Source of the DNA: Vicinamibacterales bacterium
GTDB taxonomy: Bacteria > Acidobacteriota > Vicinamibacteria > Vicinamibacterales > JAMQPK01
Length of the DNA: 64,000 bases
Direction: 5' to 3'
Assembly (NCBI GenBank): GCA_963738315.1
Contig: CAVTVT010000004.1
Location: forward strand, 470,123 to 534,122
The translations under genes were made by a program, and so were the position numbers. The notes beneath the pieces are model-generated. The model did no database searches and was not told the DNA's origin. It saw only the letters and a list, made by a program, of their open reading frames with translations. Positions 63,345-64,000 of the stretch are shown here, piece by piece; position 1 is the first letter of the stretch, and each line of letters begins with the position of its first letter.

Positions 63345-63802
63345 CCTGCAAATCCGGTCCGACAATTGCCCGAGCCACCCGTAGACGATTGGCAGGTCCC
63401 GTTGGTCGTACAACAGCACATATTGCTGCCGCAGCTTCCTGAGCCGCACGCGCACTTGATTGAGGTAACCGTGCATTTGCTCCCGGGCGTGCAATTTCCT
63501 GAGCCTCCGGCTCCGCCAGTGCACGTCGCTGTCCTCGTCGGACATCCAGCCGGACACGTAGCCGTAGCCGCACCAAGCGACGCGACTATGAGATCGTCGT
63601 CGGCCACGCCGCCGCTACAGTGGCCAGTGCTCACAGCCGTCCCGCTTGTCGCCGTCGTCCCGCACGTCGCAGCAGCGGCAGAAGCTGGAAACAACGAGAC
63701 CAGGAACGTTCCACCGACCAGCTGAAACAGCGACTTGATTACCTCGCGCCGCGGCGCGGGCCGCCCAAGGGTCCTCGCAACCTCATCAATCAGAAAGCTC
63801 AT
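63338..63802 (-). CDS. Tat-type exported Cys-rich, Ser/Thr/Gly-rich small protein
   Basis: AAGGGAGGAG RBS; PRREVIK twin-Arg, hydrophobic region, ASAAAA cleavage site; 16 Cys in the mature part. Confidence 0.82.
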   Translation of the reverse strand: MSFLIDEVARTLGRPAPRREVIKSLFQLVGGTFLVSLFPASAAAATCGTTATSGTAVSTGHCSGGVADDDLIVASLGAATATCPAGCPTRTATCTGGAGGSGNCTPGSKCTVTSIKCACGSGSCGSNMCCCTTNGTCQSSTGGSGNCRTGFAGC

Positions 63803-63823
63803 CTGCTCCTCCCTTACGATCCG

Positions 63824-64000
63824 TCACATCCGGCTTACGCTCTCGAACGACTTCGCCATCGGCACCGGGATCAGGTCCGGCGCGAACAGCTCGGCCTGCG
63901 CGATCGCGGGCGCCAGCGGCCCGTCCACCGATCGCTGCAGGATGGAAATCAGAGAATGCACCGTGACCGCGTGCTTCACCGACGCGCCGAGCGGGCACTT
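63824..64000 (-). CDS. 3' end of an unidentified upstream gene (partial)
   Basis: Open frames from the window edge (KCPLGASVKHAVTVHSLISILQRSVD..) end just before the RBS of the Cys-rich gene; frame uncertain. Confidence 0.3.
   Translation of the reverse strand, partial: KCPLGASVKHAVTVHSLISILQRSVDGPLAPAIAQAELFAPDLIPVPMAKSFESVSRM

Noticed and set aside
63345-63557. N-terminal 71 residues of the 932-aa ORF
   Set aside because: Overlaps the Cys-rich gene in another frame; the GTG at 63344 gives normal coupling.
63338-63802. Methylamine dehydrogenase light chain (MauA), or substrate of the radical SAM enzyme
   Set aside because: No Trp for TTQ and no mauB/mauG in view; the radical SAM gene is 50 kb away, B12-type, and lacks RRE/SPASM features.
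63870-64000. UpxY/NusG C-terminus suggested by ISILQRSV
   Set aside because: Only a short resemblance with no KOW motif visible; needs the sequence beyond the window.

Overview
Very GC-rich bacterial DNA. Gene content and style suggest Acidobacteriota or similar (inference). Many single-base indels split otherwise intact genes, which looks like an uncorrected long-read assembly. Almost all genes are on the minus strand. 1-47.7 kb is one large surface-polysaccharide locus: Wza, Wzc, an initiating phosphoglycosyl transferase, DegT and CapD/PglF-type enzymes, Wzm/Wzt, CDP-sugar and C-methyl-sugar enzymes, many glycosyltransferases, two AsnB-type ligases, a carbamoyltransferase module, a B12 radical SAM enzyme, a ThDP module (E1a/E1b, a lipoyl carrier with no catalytic domain, split transketolase) and a repeat-rich secreted F5/8C-PKD protein with a degenerate SGNH domain. 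48-51 kb holds an EEP hydrolase, a PHP tyrosine phosphatase, a Zn-ribbon protein and a YdcF protein. 51-57.6 kb is a complete paeninodin/pseudomycoidin-type lasso peptide cluster (precursor, cyclase, kinase, ABC exporter, B2, B1, nucleotidyltransferase) with a cationic, aromatic-free predicted core. Upstream and co-oriented (57.6-63.8 kb) are a MauE-double-thioredoxin fusion, a GT-C protein, an O-antigen-ligase/TPR/CBM protein and a Tat-type 16-Cys, Ser/Thr-rich small protein. Non-coding signals: three sigma54-like promoter motifs, and a 26-nt element with a compensatory base pair shared by two operon leaders. No rRNA, tRNA, CRISPR or mobile element was seen.
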